Assembly (NCBI GenBank): GCA_963817955.1
Contig: CAWFQK010000004.1
Coordinates: forward strand, 704,001-768,000
Direction of reading: 5' to 3'
DNA from: an uncultured Gemmatimonadaceae bacterium
GTDB taxonomy: Bacteria > Gemmatimonadota > Gemmatimonadetes > Gemmatimonadales > Gemmatimonadaceae
DNA length: 64,000 nt
Shown here: positions 1-11,676 of the stretch, piece after piece
Position numbering within the stretch: position 1 is the first letter of the stretch
Layout: every line of letters begins with the position of its first letter
Position numbers and translations under genes: made by a program
Notes under the pieces: generated by a model
Database searches by the model: none
What the model was told of the DNA's origin: nothing
What the model saw: only the letters and a program-made list of their open reading frames with translations

Positions 1-232
1 GCCTGCTCGCGCGCCCTGGGCCAGTTCTCCGGATCAAGGCTGGTGGGGGCTGGCAACTCGGTTGGAGTCATCCCGTAGAATCAAGGGGTGCAGTCGACGT
101 GCTCGAGTACGCGAGTGGTGGAGTGGTAGAGTGGGAGGGGCCCCGCAAATCATCGGGTGGGATAGCGGCGCAAATGAATTGTAGCAGCCCGCCGCAGGCC
201 GCCGCAAGCGTGACGTCCAGGGTCCGATCTCG

Positions 233-3200
233 CTACGCGGTGGGGAGCTGATGCGCCGCATCGAGGAGCGCCTGCACTCTCACGAGCGAGTCCGCGGTCT
301 CCTGCTCGCCTGACATGTACACCGCCTCGCCACTCGTGCTCGGGAAGAAGAAGGAAAAGCGTGACAGCGCCGAGCCGGTGAGTGCCGTGAGGGCGGCGGA
401 GTAGACATCGCGCTGAACGCGATACGAATCGCCGATCTCTTGCTCTCGGCCCTCCGCCATGCCATGCGATTTGTAATCGAGGATCTCGAGTCCGCCGTCG
501 CACTGGGCCACGAGGTCCAATGCTCCCCGGATCAGCGTCACGCCACCATTGGAGCGAGCAAACCAGGTGAAGGCCAGCTCACGCTCGGAACGATCGGCGA
601 TGCACATTCGCTTGACTGACGCGTGAGCCCGCGTGGCGTCGATCATCCGGCGGAGCCGAGGCACCGCTTCGCAGATCCGTGGGGACAGCGCATTGTCGCC
701 GAGCTGCGCGCAAAGTTCGCGCTCCAGATATTCGTCGAGATCCGCGTCATCTCGATTGTGCTCCAGCGCTCCATGCAGCACGGTGCCCAAGACAATCCCC
801 GGGATCCACTGCCCAGCCGACGAGAGCTCAGCCGTACCTGTGAGAACCGCGTGCGCAGAGTCATCGAGGCCGCTCCGGTACCGCTCGCGATACGCCTTCG
901 GATCAGCATGCAGCAGCATGAGCTGCGTCGCCGAGCGTGCAGGGAGTGGCGCAATCGCGGACAGCGAAGCGATCCTCACCGAGAGAGCCTTCGCGACGTC
1001 TGGCGGCAGACTGGCGGCGCGTGTCTGCTCCAGCGTCGGCAGGGTGCGCGCAAGGTCGAGAGCCTCACTCTGGGGCTCCAGCATCGTCTCGCCGAGCGTC
1101 CACCGCTCGCCGCCATACGCATACGTGAAGTGGTCCTCCTCGGGCTCGAGCGCACGGAGCAACCAGTGCGGCACCATCTTCGCGGCCGACTCGGACGCGA
1201 GATGCGCTCTGGCCTCATCGACAGCGTTAGCGCCAGCGCACAGGATCAGGCGGTCCTGAGCGCGTGTCGTCGCGACGTACCACAGCCGCTTTTCCTCAGC
1301 CTCCGACAGCGCGACATCTCGCTGACGCAGACACTCGAAGGCACCGGCGGCAACAGCCGTCTCGTCACTTCCCGCTACCGAGTGCGTCAGTGCGATCCCC
1401 GCGATTGGATCGGCATAGAATGTGGGCATCTTCAGGATATTCACGATCTTACAATCGAGTGAAGCGAGAAATACGATCCGCCACTCGAGTCCCTTCGCGC
1501 CGTGCACCGTGCTCAGCGTGACGACATCCTCACCCGCCGTATAGAGCGCCGCGTCGCCGTCTCGCGCGGCTCCGTCCTCTCGCTCCTCCATGAACGACAG
1601 GAATTCCTCGACGCTTGCATTCGGCTGTCCCTCGGCGGTCCTCACGAGTTTTCGCAGATTGGAAAGTGCCTGCTCGCCGCCCGATTCGGCCAGCAACTGC
1701 ATCGAGTACCCACTCGCGATGAGCACATGATCGATCAGCGCGGCAACGGGCATCCGATCGCGCATCAGGCGCGCGGCGCCCAGCCAACGCGAGGCTTGCC
1801 TGGCCTGGGGCTCCTGACCATCCGCCGCAAGTCCGAGCATCGCCGAGAATGGCTCCCCTCTGTGATCCGTGCGGAAGCGATAGAGCGACTGATCCGACAC
1901 GCCAACAAAGGGAGAGCGCAACAATCCGATCCACGCGACGTCGTCGTGAGGGTTGATCAGCGCCGTCAGGAGGAGACGTACATCGCGGATCTCTCGGCGG
2001 CTATACAAGCCGGAGCTACCAGCGACATAATGAGGGATGCCGAGCTTACGGAACACGGTTTCGTAGGCAGGCAGCGCGGTGCGCGTCCGGAACAGAATCG
2101 CGATGTCACGATAATGGATGCGCCGCTTCTCGCCGGTGCGGTCCACCGCAAGATGATCGGTGCCCTTCTCTACCATCTCGCGAATGCGCGTCCCCACGAT
2201 CGCCGCCTCGATGTTTCGCTTTTCGTCTGCCGTGCCGACTGTTGGGACGGCCAGCAGCTCGAGATGCTCCTCCAGAATCGCGGGCGGACGGTGCGCCACG
2301 AGCGGCGTGTACGCCACCTCGTGCCCCACCGCCATGACCGCTGGGCGCCCAATTCCGATCAGCCCATCGAAAGTTGCATTCACGTAGCCCAGGATCGGCG
2401 CGCGGCTGCGGAAGTTTGTGTCTAATGTGATCGGCTGAATGCCGCGCGATGCAAACTCGGTGCTGACCTCCTTCCAGAGCGACACATCCGCGCGCCGAAA
2501 GCGATAGATGCTCTGTTTGGGGTCGCCGACAATGCACAGCCAGGGCGCAACTACCGGCGCATCCACCGGCGCATCCACCGGCGCAGCACCCGTGTCGCCC
2601 GGCTCGATGCCGCAGATGCGGTAGGCGATGTCGAGCTGATCGCGGTCGGTGTCCTGGAACTCGTCGATGAAGAGCCACTTGAGCCGGCGCTGGACGACCT
2701 TCAACACATCAGGCCGTCCATCCAGCACAGAGCGAGTTCTTGCGATCAGAGCATCGAAGTCGAGCTTGCCCTCTTGCGCGAGTCGTGCATCGAGCGCCGC
2801 ACGCGCCTCGCTGGCGATCGTGAGCAGGGTGCACGCCACTCGCGCTGCCGCCGAATCCACGTCCGGACGCCAGTTGCCTACGTCCACGCCACAGCCCCAC
2901 CCTTCCCGCTGCTCGTCGATGCAGCGCTGCAGCTGCTCGAGACGAGGGGCTCCCGCAACCGACCATGCGGCCATTGCTTCGCTGGCGATGGTCCCTCGCG
3001 AGACGATCCGCGCGATCTCCCGCTCCGCCGCCGCGAGGCCGACGACCTCGGCCAGCTCGAATGCGGATTCGCGTTCCTCATTGAGGGCAGCGTGAAGCGC
3101 CGTCCTCGCCGCTTCCGCGGCGAACTGCCTTCCCTCCCCCTCATCAGCGATCTGGAATGCCGGGTCGAGTCCGACGCGGAGCGCGAACTCGCGCAGCAGC

Positions 3201-3595
3201 TGTCCGCAGAAGCTGTGTATCGTCCCCACACGCGCGCGGTCCACTTCATACACCCGGTTCCGCCACGTCAGCTCCGACTCGGCATCGCCTGCCCGCATGT
3301 GGAAATCGGCGATCAGTCGCATCCGGTCACGGAGCTTTCGCTTGAAGTCAGCCGCCGCCGCGTTCGTGAATGTGATCGCAGCAATCTCTGACAACTCGCA
3401 ACGGCGAATCGGCGTGTGCCCGGGCGCCCGGTCGGCACCAAGCGAGTAGACGATCTTGTCTACCAGTGTTGTCGTCTTGCCGGAACCGGCGCCCGCCTCG
3501 AGCAGCAGGTGCCCCTCGCGGACGATCGCCGCCAATTGGTCTGGTGTGGGCGACGGCTCGCCATCGAACGGTGTGTCACGCACGTGGTTCACCAT
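233..3595 (-). CDS. addA: AddA-like UvrD/RecB-family helicase-nuclease
   Basis: Walker A AGAGSGKT, AITFTNAAA, IDEFQD, VGDPKQSIYRFR, TVHGAKGLE, YVATTRA, and C-terminal RecB-type nuclease motif G.LD...LDYKS. ATG at 3595 overlaps the upstream gene's end. Confidence 0.88.
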   Translation of the reverse strand: MVNHVRDTPFDGEPSPTPDQLAAIVREGHLLLEAGAGSGKTTTLVDKIVYSLGADRAPGHTPIRRCELSEIAAITFTNAAAADFKRKLRDRMRLIADFHMRAGDAESELTWRNRVYEVDRARVGTIHSFCGQLLREFALRVGLDPAFQIADEGEGRQFAAEAARTALHAALNEERESAFELAEVVGLAAAEREIARIVSRGTIASEAMAAWSVAGAPRLEQLQRCIDEQREGWGCGVDVGNWRPDVDSAAARVACTLLTIASEARAALDARLAQEGKLDFDALIARTRSVLDGRPDVLKVVQRRLKWLFIDEFQDTDRDQLDIAYRICGIEPGDTGAAPVDAPVDAPVVAPWLCIVGDPKQSIYRFRRADVSLWKEVSTEFASRGIQPITLDTNFRSRAPILGYVNATFDGLIGIGRPAVMAVGHEVAYTPLVAHRPPAILEEHLELLAVPTVGTADEKRNIEAAIVGTRIREMVEKGTDHLAVDRTGEKRRIHYRDIAILFRTRTALPAYETVFRKLGIPHYVAGSSGLYSRREIRDVRLLLTALINPHDDVAWIGLLRSPFVGVSDQSLYRFRTDHRGEPFSAMLGLAADGQEPQARQASRWLGAARLMRDRMPVAALIDHVLIASGYSMQLLAESGGEQALSNLRKLVRTAEGQPNASVEEFLSFMEEREDGAARDGDAALYTAGEDVVTLSTVHGAKGLEWRIVFLASLDCKIVNILKMPTFYADPIAGIALTHSVAGSDETAVAAGAFECLRQRDVALSEAEEKRLWYVATTRAQDRLILCAGANAVDEARAHLASESAAKMVPHWLLRALEPEEDHFTYAYGGERWTLGETMLEPQSEALDLARTLPTLEQTRAASLPPDVAKALSVRIASLSAIAPLPARSATQLMLLHADPKAYRERYRSGLDDSAHAVLTGTAELSSAGQWIPGIVLGTVLHGALEHNRDDADLDEYLERELCAQLGDNALSPRICEAVPRLRRMIDATRAHASVKRMCIADRSERELAFTWFARSNGGVTLIRGALDLVAQCDGGLEILDYKSHGMAEGREQEIGDSYRVQRDVYSAALTALTGSALSRFSFFFPSTSGEAVYMSGEQETADSLVRVQALLDAAHQLPTA

Positions 3596-6500
3596 GACTT
3601 CACTCGCTCCTCGCGACACACGTCGCGGAAGTCGCAGTAACGCAGGCAGTCCACCTTCTCGGGCGCGCGAGCCGGAAAGCGGCCCGCCGTGATGCCATCG
3701 CTGATGGAGAGCGCCAGGCCGGCCGCGCCGTCGATCGTTGCTTGCGCCTTCAGTTGCGTCGCATTGCCGAGCTCCTTGACGCCCGCTTTGACCACGGAGC
3801 AGCGATCGAGTGGGGCCTTTCGCTCCAGCCCGTGGACAAGTTGATAGGCGCCGCCCCAGATGCGAGCCTTCGGTTCGATCTCTCGCAAGGCGGCGATGTA
3901 CAGCGCAAGTTGCAGCACCGCGCCGGCGGGCTGCAGGTTCGTGAGACCACTGAACGCGCTCCCCCCCGACTTGTGGTCCACTACATAGAGGTACTCCTCG
4001 GCACCCGCGACCAGCATGCGGTCGACACGATCGATCCGGCCACGCAGCTTGATCGTTCGCCCTCCACTCTCCAGGACGACGACCGGTGACTCGGCGCCGT
4101 CTACACCGAAGCCCTGTTCCATGCGCAACGGCACGCGCGGTGCCTTCTTGTTCGCCGTCATCTCCCAGACGACGTAGTCTGCGAGCGTAGCAGCCATCTC
4201 TCGAGCGCGCCCACGCAAGATTCCGCGTTGGGCACTTTCACCGGGCACCAACTCCACCTCGCACTCGTCTCGCGACGATCGTGCGAGCGCGGTCAGCATT
4301 GACCGGAATGCAGCGCCTCGTCACCGAACTCGCTCACGAGGCGCCCGTACACTCGCCCTAGCACCGCGTGCATCACCGCGCCCTGGTATCGTGCGCCCTC
4401 CTCGTCCTCGATCACCTCGGTCTGCCGGACGCCGAGCGCGTACTTGGCAAAGAAGGAGAAGGGACAACGACCGTACGCCTCGAACTGCGTCGCACTCCAC
4501 ACCCGATGGCCATAGTCGCGGCGGAGCACATCGAGAAGTGCCGGTTCCTCGACGAGCCCGTTCCAGGAGTGTGCCAGCTCGCTACGGTCGAACTCCGGCG
4601 CACGCGCGGCGACACGCATCGCGGCACGCGTGTCGGCAACGCCGGCCAACGTCAGCAACCGCTCGACCTCTTCCACTCGCTTCGCCTCACGAGCGGAGAA
4701 CCCGAGCAGCGCATTGCGCTGGCACGCATCGAGCTGGCACACATCGACCCCAAGCGAGCGCGCCGTCAGCAATTCGAGTTCGTGGAAGCTCCAGACTTCG
4801 TCAACCGAGCTGGGGATGACGTACGAACCCGGGATGCGAATGACCCAGTCGGAAGCCTTCGCCCCTGGCTCCGCGCCGCCGAGCCTCGCGTCATAGCGAG
4901 AGACGACCTCGTCCAGGTAGGCCGCACCGAGTTGGGGCGCGCCGTTCGCATCCGCGTAGGAATAACTCAACGCGAGCGAACGCCGCGCCGATCGTGCCAG
5001 GGAATACCAGAGCGCCGCCTCGCGGCTGAACCAGATGCGGGCTGGCTCAGTGGGCAGACCCTTCGCGAAGAGCTCCACTTTCTCATCGTCAGCGATCAGC
5101 CCGTCCGGCGGAGGCTCAGCCGGAAAAGCGCCGACACTCATGCCCACCACGAACACGTGCTCGAACGACCGGCCCTCCGCGGCGAGCGCCTCGAGCAGAT
5201 GCACACCGCCGGCGATTCCCGTTGGGACGGTAACCTCATTCTTGGAGAGGGTGGCCTGGAGCGCCTGCACCCAGTCGCCGAGCGTCAATGCCCGCTCGCC
5301 ATCTGGATCGTGTACGAGGGCACGCTTCCAACTCAGGAGCACCGCCTTGGCCTCCTTCAGAGCGGAAGCGTCGATCCGCGCGGCGGAAACAAGGGGCAAC
5401 GGCGATTCATCGGTCAGCGTCGGAGTTGCGTTGATCGCGAGGCCGAGCAGACCATTGTCCATTCCCGCCCGTGCCGCGCCCGCGGAGTCAGCGCCGATCG
5501 CACGGAGCGTCAACGTGATCCAGTCGGTTGCTCGCCGCGCCTCCGTGAACGATGACATATGAGCGTCCACCTGGCGTATCCCGTCGATGGCAGATCGCAG
5601 TCTGTCAGGGTCCGGGCCCTCGAACTCATCGGCATTCGCTTGCGCTTCGGCCTCGAGACGCTCCAGTGCGGCTATCCATTCGGTCAAGCCACTCGGGCGG
5701 AGTTGCGACGCCGCGTAATCGAGTACCCGTACGTCGAGGTGCGTGGTGAAGTAGGGCGATCCCCCAAGTTCGCGAATACCCAACCAGGTCCACCCGTCCG
5801 CGGCGGCGTGCAGGCAGCGCAGCAGTGCCGCGATCACCGGGACATCGGTCAGATTGTGCCTCAGGCGCGCGGAGAACGGGATGCCATACCGCGCGAATAC
5901 GTCGGCTGCCGATGTCAGATAGGGCCGAGCATCGCGGGCAACGACGGCGATGTCGGACGGTCGCGTCGTCTCTGCTTGCCCTGAGCTGAGCAGGCTCTTG
6001 ACCGTGCGCGCGACATGCTCGAGTTCGCGAATGATGTCTGGCGCCGCCGTGACCGAGACCTCCGATGAGGGGGATGCGGTGGCGCCGCCCAGTGTGAACA
6101 GCGTCGCTCCCAGGTGCCGGAGCGCTGGGGAGAGGGTGGCTTTGCTATCGATGACGCGTGTCTCGTCGGCGTGCTCGCGAAGCCATGCCTCTACGTCGCG
6201 CTCCTCGGTACCAGGAGTACCGGTAGCACCAGTCGCGTGGTTCGAGTCAGCGATGTAGACGCGGATCTCCTCGATGAAGGGAGCTGCGTGCAACGCCTGA
6301 AGAAGCACGCGCCACCCACGCCGCAGATCGGCCAGTCCGTAGATGTCGATCGAGCGCTTCTCTCCGACCGCACGAAGCGGGCGCCGTAATCCTTCTCTGG
6401 CGATCGTTGGACGCTCGGCGATCGCATGCGCCGCCTGGAGCAAGCCGTCTCGCCCGTCCGTGCGTGCGACGCCGGCGCGTAACGGCAAGGCGGCGAGGAT

Positions 6501-6983
6501 CGCGAGATATCGGCCATATACGGCTGCGATGTCAGCGTTGCGCTTTCCTTCCCACTCGCCATGCTGCGCGGCGGCGAGGCGCTCCGCCGCGCCGGCATCC
6601 GTGACTCCAGCAGCGACCAGATCGCCGAACAGACGATCGAGCGACTCCGCGACCGTTGCGCGAATGGAGGTGGCGCCGAGTCCCGAGAGCGAGACGTCGC
6701 GCATGGCACGCCGGATCAACGCCTCGCGCTCCAGGGCATCGAGCGGGGCAAGGTCGCCGGCAAACAGCGCCGGGAGGTCCGCGAAGACGACGATCGGCTG
6801 GCCGAGCCAGCCGATCGCTGAACCACTTGCGGCGAGCTGGTGGACTGCGTCACGGAGTCCGCCCTGACGGACCGCAAGGAGAGGCAACGGCTCGACGCAG
6901 GGGCCCGGCGAGCAGAACGGCGCGGCGGCAGCGCTGAGAAGCGCGTGGGCATCCGCGCCCGAGATACTGATGAGTCGCGCCAT
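3589..6983 (-). CDS. addB: AddB-like PD-(D/E)XK nuclease subunit, split by a frameshift near 4295
   Basis: ORFs 4293-6983 and 3589-4299 together give WSATQFEAYGRCPF, LRGRIDRVD, VDHKSG, LQLALY and C-terminal CxxCxxxxxC. Directly upstream of addA. Confidence 0.78.
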
Positions 6984-6985
6984 GT

Positions 6986-8284
6986 TCAGCTCGAGAGTGG
7001 CGGCCGGAGCTCCGGAGCGACGAGCGCAACGGGCATCACCTCCAGCGCATTCAACGGAAGCAGTTCCTTGGTCCTGCCTGCACCGAGCGACTGGAAACGC
7101 CGCGCCTGAGGCAGCACGCGTTTCTCGAGCGAGCCAACTGCCTTGTTGTAGGCGTGCACCGACTTGCCGAGGTGGTCGCCGACGTCGTCGAAGTGCTCGG
7201 CCAGTGTGCGGATGCGCTCGTACAGTTCGCGCCCCAGTTCACTGATCGTTTGTGCATTCTCGGCGATGGCTTCCTGACGCCAGCCGAAGGCGACCGCCTT
7301 GAGCAGTGCAATGAGCGTGGTCGGCGTAGCGATGATCACATTGTGCTCGAACGAGTGCTCGAATAACGCCGGGTCGAACTCGAGCGCGACGCTGAAGAAC
7401 GCCTCACTCGGGAGAAAGAGCACGACGAACTCTGGAGCATGGTCGAACTGCTCCCAGTAGGCCTTCCGGCTCAATGCCTCGATGTGTTTCTTGACACCGA
7501 GCACATGCTCCACACAGAGCTGCTTCCTCCGCTCGTCGTCCTGACAATTGACTGCTTCCAGAACCGCGGTTGCCGGGGTCTTGGCGTCAACGACGATCGT
7601 TTTCCCGCCCGGGAGACGGACCACCATGTCCGGACGCAGCTTGCCGTCGTCGCTCTCCACGGTATGCTGCGTCGTGAAATCGCAGTGTTCCAGCATCCCC
7701 GACAACTCGACGACGCGCTTGAGCTGGAGCTCGCCCCAGGCGCCGCGGACGTTCGAGCTGCGAAGCGCCTTCGAGAGATTCGCGGTTTCGCCCCGGAGCA
7801 CGTCGCTAGCCACTGACATCAACTGGATCCGTTCGGTGAGTGACGCGAATGACTCCGCCCGTGCGATCTCGATGTCGTGCAGCTTCTTGTCGTACTTTTC
7901 GAGTCCATCGCGGATTGGCTTGACGAGGCTCTGGATCGCCGTTTCCTTATCGGCCAGCTCGGCCTGCGCGGAAAGGCGAATCCGTTCGAGCTCCGTACGA
8001 GCAAGCAGAAGGAACTGTTCGTTGTTGCTTTTCAGTGCCTCGCCGCAGAGAGACTGGAAGGATTCCTTGAGTTGGGTCTGCGACTTCGTCAGATCTTCCA
8101 TCCGGCGCTCGGCCACGACGAGCTGCGCGCGAAGCTCGGCTTCGCGCACGGCAGCTTGGCTCGTCATTTCGCTCACCGTCTGCGCGCCCTGGGCGGCAGA
8201 CAGCTTTCTGTAGACCAGGAAGAAGAGCGTTGCGCCTAACCCTGTACCGGCCAGGAAGAGCAAGACCACGATAACTGGCGGCAT
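6986..8284 (-). CDS. rmuC: DNA recombination protein RmuC
   Basis: N-terminal TM helix and coiled coil, then [32 protein letters not shown] and [10 protein letters not shown] motifs. Confidence 0.92.
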   Translation of the reverse strand: MPPVIVVLLFLAGTGLGATLFFLVYRKLSAAQGAQTVSEMTSQAAVREAELRAQLVVAERRMEDLTKSQTQLKESFQSLCGEALKSNNEQFLLLARTELERIRLSAQAELADKETAIQSLVKPIRDGLEKYDKKLHDIEIARAESFASLTERIQLMSVASDVLRGETANLSKALRSSNVRGAWGELQLKRVVELSGMLEHCDFTTQHTVESDDGKLRPDMVVRLPGGKTIVVDAKTPATAVLEAVNCQDDERRKQLCVEHVLGVKKHIEALSRKAYWEQFDHAPEFVVLFLPSEAFFSVALEFDPALFEHSFEHNVIIATPTTLIALLKAVAFGWRQEAIAENAQTISELGRELYERIRTLAEHFDDVGDHLGKSVHAYNKAVGSLEKRVLPQARRFQSLGAGRTKELLPLNALEVMPVALVAPELRPPLSS

Positions 8285-8605
8285 TGGAAGCCTATTCGAA
8301 AGCGGGAATTACTGCTCCTGAACCTCGAGGATCACGATCTTCCTGCCAGGTGAGGCCGCACGAACTCCGTGAGTGTTTCCTGGTCTACAATTGACTCGGA
8401 CATCAGACGATTGGCTATGGCATCCAGGAGTGGGCGGCGCTACTGCAGCGGCTCGGGGTTGTCGCAGTGAGTATTATGGCCGAGCGATGCACCGTCGCGC
8501 TTGATGCGTTCCTCCGCTGTATGATGTACGGAGGGTCTGACAGGGACCAATCAGCACCGGCAGCCGGACGGTGGCTCACAGACTGTTGAACTACGAGTGA
8601 ATCGC
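8285..8605 (-). pseudogene. Deleted remnant of the 60-aa gene and peptidase M41 3' end (third copy of the repeated module)
   Basis: Colinear similarity with 14818-15325 and partly 25356-25680, with an internal deletion at about 8345. Confidence 0.75.
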
Positions 8606-8607
8606 CG

Positions 8608-9816
8608 CTACTCAATGCCGCCCGTAACCACGGCCTGCGGAACCAGCACGCGCGGTCGCATTCGCACGCGATCCTGGAGTGCCAGGCACGGCTGCTCGAC
8701 CAGGCGATAGCTCAGCGCTGACACCACGAGCGTGAGCGACACGATCATCACGATCCAGGACGCATGGGCGGCCCATAGTTGCCATCCGCCGCTTCCCCCG
8801 AAGGACACGAGGCGCGTGCGGACTCCCGCGCATAGCCCGATGATGGGAAGATGGTAGAGATAACCGCCGTAGCTGATGCGCCCGACCGCTCTCAGCGGCC
8901 CCCATGCCATGATGCGACGCGGTCTCGGGTCGACAATCACCCACAGGATCGCGCTCCCGAAGCCCACGGCGCTTAGCGAATAGCCGACCAGCACGACACG
9001 GAGATTCTGTAGATCGTCGCCAACCGCGGCGAACAGCGGCAGTCCCACGATCAAAGCCGCAATGCCGACGCCCCTGTACCAGCGCAACAGCGTGGCAGAA
9101 CCGTCGCTGGACCTCGCCAACACGGCGACGAAGGCGCCGGCCGCGAGCGAATCCATTCGCATGGGCGTGAGCACGTAGGCGCCGAGTAGCGCCGTGTGCG
9201 TGACTGCCCAGCCGACGCGCAGCGCGATGGCGGTGACGAACGCGAGCACGCACACCTTGGCGAGATGCTTGCGCGCAGTGACCAGCACGATCGCCGGCCA
9301 CACGAGATAGAACTGCTCCTCCACCGAAAGCGACCAGAAATGCCCGGTCCAGAACCACTCCGTTGTGGGAGACCGGACTTGCAACACGTTCACCAGGTAC
9401 GTCCAGTACCATCCCTCATGCGCACGCAAGTGCATGTACTGCCAGCCCATCCCATGCGCGAAATACCACGAGCCGAACGGAATCCAGACGAACAGCACGA
9501 CGAGGAGCAGGTAGTAAATCGGAAAGATGCGCAGTGCTCGCCGCGCGTAGAACGATCGAAAGAAGTCAGGGTCGTCGCGCGTATCGATCAGAATCCCCGT
9601 GATGAGAAATCCGCTCAGCACGAAGAAGAGATCGACGCCGAGCCAGCCGTGGATCATGACGCGGTCGAGCAGGTCGAGGTTCGCGACGAGGCCGGGGAAG
9701 ATCAGATGGCAACACACGACCGCAAGCATCGCCACGCCACGTACGCCGTCGAGCGCCGGGATGCGATCGCGGCGGTCTCGCACGAGCGGCGCGATCTCAG
9801 GGGTTGATGCAACCAT
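8608..9816 (-). CDS. Acyltransferase family 3 (OafA/YrhL-like membrane O-acyltransferase)
   Basis: RIPALDGVRG, GVDLFFVLSGFLI, RRALRIFP, HFWSLSVEEQFY and SYGGYLYH motifs; multiple TM segments. Confidence 0.9.
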   Translation of the reverse strand: MVASTPEIAPLVRDRRDRIPALDGVRGVAMLAVVCCHLIFPGLVANLDLLDRVMIHGWLGVDLFFVLSGFLITGILIDTRDDPDFFRSFYARRALRIFPIYYLLLVVLFVWIPFGSWYFAHGMGWQYMHLRAHEGWYWTYLVNVLQVRSPTTEWFWTGHFWSLSVEEQFYLVWPAIVLVTARKHLAKVCVLAFVTAIALRVGWAVTHTALLGAYVLTPMRMDSLAAGAFVAVLARSSDGSATLLRWYRGVGIAALIVGLPLFAAVGDDLQNLRVVLVGYSLSAVGFGSAILWVIVDPRPRRIMAWGPLRAVGRISYGGYLYHLPIIGLCAGVRTRLVSFGGSGGWQLWAAHASWIVMIVSLTLVVSALSYRLVEQPCLALQDRVRMRPRVLVPQAVVTGGIE

Positions 9817-9925
9817 ATCCTGAAAAACGACTAGCAGCATGGTCGGGTCACATCGGTGCCGCCCCGGCGCGCCACGCAGTCTTCGCTGCTTCGGCGCTCG
9901 TCAGGCCGTCCGAAACCGTGTCCGC

Positions 9926-11194
9926 TCACGGCATCGGCATTCCGAGGCGCTTGGCCAGCGCGCTCGCCGTCTCCCGCACCGACGTGCTGAGCTTGTCCAG
10001 CATCTGGGGCGCACCCCCGACACGTGACACATCCTGTAGGACCTCAGGAAGGCCAGAGCGGATACGGTGCACGACGTCATCGGCCAGATCCGTCACCAGT
10101 GCCGCCGGCAAGCTGAACTCACGCGCAGCGGTCCTGAGGCTCGCGCGCGTCAGTGCTTGTGGAAGCGTCGTGCCGCAGAAGTGAAGCGCGAACTCGCGGT
10201 CAAGGTTCTCATACACCGCGGTGACCACGACATCGTATGCCGGCGCGAGCCGAACCCGGTCCGCACTCACGTATACGACGCTGATGTTCTTTGCGTGGGC
10301 GTCATAGTTCCCCATCGCGGCGTTCGCCATCGCCCATCGGAAGAGGAGTTCGCGATCCTGAAGCGGGTTCGCGCTCGCACGATTCAGCACCGCGCACAGA
10401 TCGAGGTAGGTGGGGGCGTTCAACTTCGCATACTTGTTTCGGGACAAGCGTCCCGTCAGCTGACACCCATCCTCAGCATGTCGCCGCTGGACGTGCCCCT
10501 CCGGCGTGACCGCACGGTCGAAGCGGGCCGACTCATGACAGTCGGTGGCGACGACACATGGGGCGCTCGAGGCCGTCTCGACTCCCGCCGATTGCATCAG
10601 GCGCATCCCGACCATTTCGGCTTCGAGGAGACCGGGGAAGTCCTGGCCTGGCCGTTTGACGACGACCGTCGTGGGAGCCCCATTCCTCGGAAGTCGGTAC
10701 TCCGGGTGCTCACCGCCGACGGGCGGCATGCGCCAGAGCGCAAGCTTCGGCTGTGCACCGGAGAGTGATGCGCGTCCGGCGATTTGGCGCAGTTGCCCCC
10801 GCGCGTTCGTGAAGGCGACGCTCAGCGCTGGGGCAGACACGTCGTCGTACTCGGGCTTCACGGGCGGTGATTCACCCTCAGGCCAGAGGTGCAGCGCCCC
10901 GGCGCACTCACCACCGACGACGCCGAGGAGACCGACGGTGTCACCGGGGTCGTGTTTCGTCGCCTGCCCAAGCGTGCTACGGAGTGTGCCCTCGGGTAGG
11001 AGGTTCTCGAAGACCGCTGCTGCCTCCAGCCCGATATACGGCTTCGCGCGAACCGGACACGTGAAACCCACAGCGGATTCCGGACGCGCCTCAGCGACGA
11101 CCTCGGCGTCGTAGGTGAACCGCACCGCTCCGTCGGGCGTTGTGTCGAGCACGCCGACGCGTCGCGCGTCGCGCCACACCGTGAGACCGGTCAT
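9926..11194 (-). CDS. hipA: HipA-family Ser/Thr kinase toxin
   Basis: FENLLPEG, SLSGAQPK, RFDR, NYDAHAKNIS and LAPAYD motifs. Confidence 0.88.
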   Translation of the reverse strand: MTGLTVWRDARRVGVLDTTPDGAVRFTYDAEVVAEARPESAVGFTCPVRAKPYIGLEAAAVFENLLPEGTLRSTLGQATKHDPGDTVGLLGVVGGECAGALHLWPEGESPPVKPEYDDVSAPALSVAFTNARGQLRQIAGRASLSGAQPKLALWRMPPVGGEHPEYRLPRNGAPTTVVVKRPGQDFPGLLEAEMVGMRLMQSAGVETASSAPCVVATDCHESARFDRAVTPEGHVQRRHAEDGCQLTGRLSRNKYAKLNAPTYLDLCAVLNRASANPLQDRELLFRWAMANAAMGNYDAHAKNISVVYVSADRVRLAPAYDVVVTAVYENLDREFALHFCGTTLPQALTRASLRTAAREFSLPAALVTDLADDVVHRIRSGLPEVLQDVSRVGGAPQMLDKLSTSVRETASALAKRLGMPMP

Positions 11195-11502
11195 GCATCA
11201 TCTCCACGCGCCGACTGCGAGGGGTCGCGCGGCACGAGGATCACGTCGAACCCGAGGTCGGTGAGAACACGCAGGGTGAGATCGAGTTGCGACCCCCCTT
11301 CACCGCGCTCCAAGCCGCCGAGCATGCTGAGACTCACGCCGAGCCGTCGCGTTGCATCGACCTGCCGTCCGAGGGCGCGCTCGCGGGCCACGCGCACGAC
11401 ATCGCCAACGTCCTTCGGCGTGAAGACACGAACTCCTCGAGCGGCAGCGTCATGCGGCGCTGCTGGCAATTGGGTGAGGTCCGGTCTTCTTGTTCGGGGC
11501 AT
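11191..11502 (-). CDS. hipB: HipB-like HTH antitoxin
   Basis: XRE-like HTH (VRVARER..LGVS..LERG); ATGA overlap with hipA. Confidence 0.75.
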   Translation of the reverse strand: MPRTRRPDLTQLPAAPHDAAARGVRVFTPKDVGDVVRVARERALGRQVDATRRLGVSLSMLGGLERGEGGSQLDLTLRVLTDLGFDVILVPRDPSQSARGDDA

Positions 11503-11517
11503 TCGTTCACCGCCTTG

Positions 11518-11652
11518 TATATCCTAATAGAAGGTATATTTTGCCTTCCGCTTCCATATACCCTATCGGATATTTTCCCGTCGTCAACGCACTATATACC
11601 CCGTAGGAGCTATAGCCTCCACATGGAAGTCTATATCTCCCAACGAGGATTG
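11518..11652. promoter_or_regulatory. AT-rich hipBA promoter with HipB-like operator repeats
   Basis: TATCC-N8-GGTAT (11520-11537) and related TATACC-N8-GCTATA and TATCT-N8-GGATT sites, resembling the E. coli HipB operator TATCC-N8-GGATA. Confidence 0.45.
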
Positions 11653-11676
11653 AAGCGCATCTCAGGAGAAGAATCC

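Noticed and set aside
1..170. Possible 5' end of a minus-strand gene or IS at the window edge
   Set aside because: Too little sequence (about 24 codons) to assign.
2553..2584. 12-bp tandem repeat in addA (APVD units)
   Set aside because: In-frame slippage in a probable loop; trivial.
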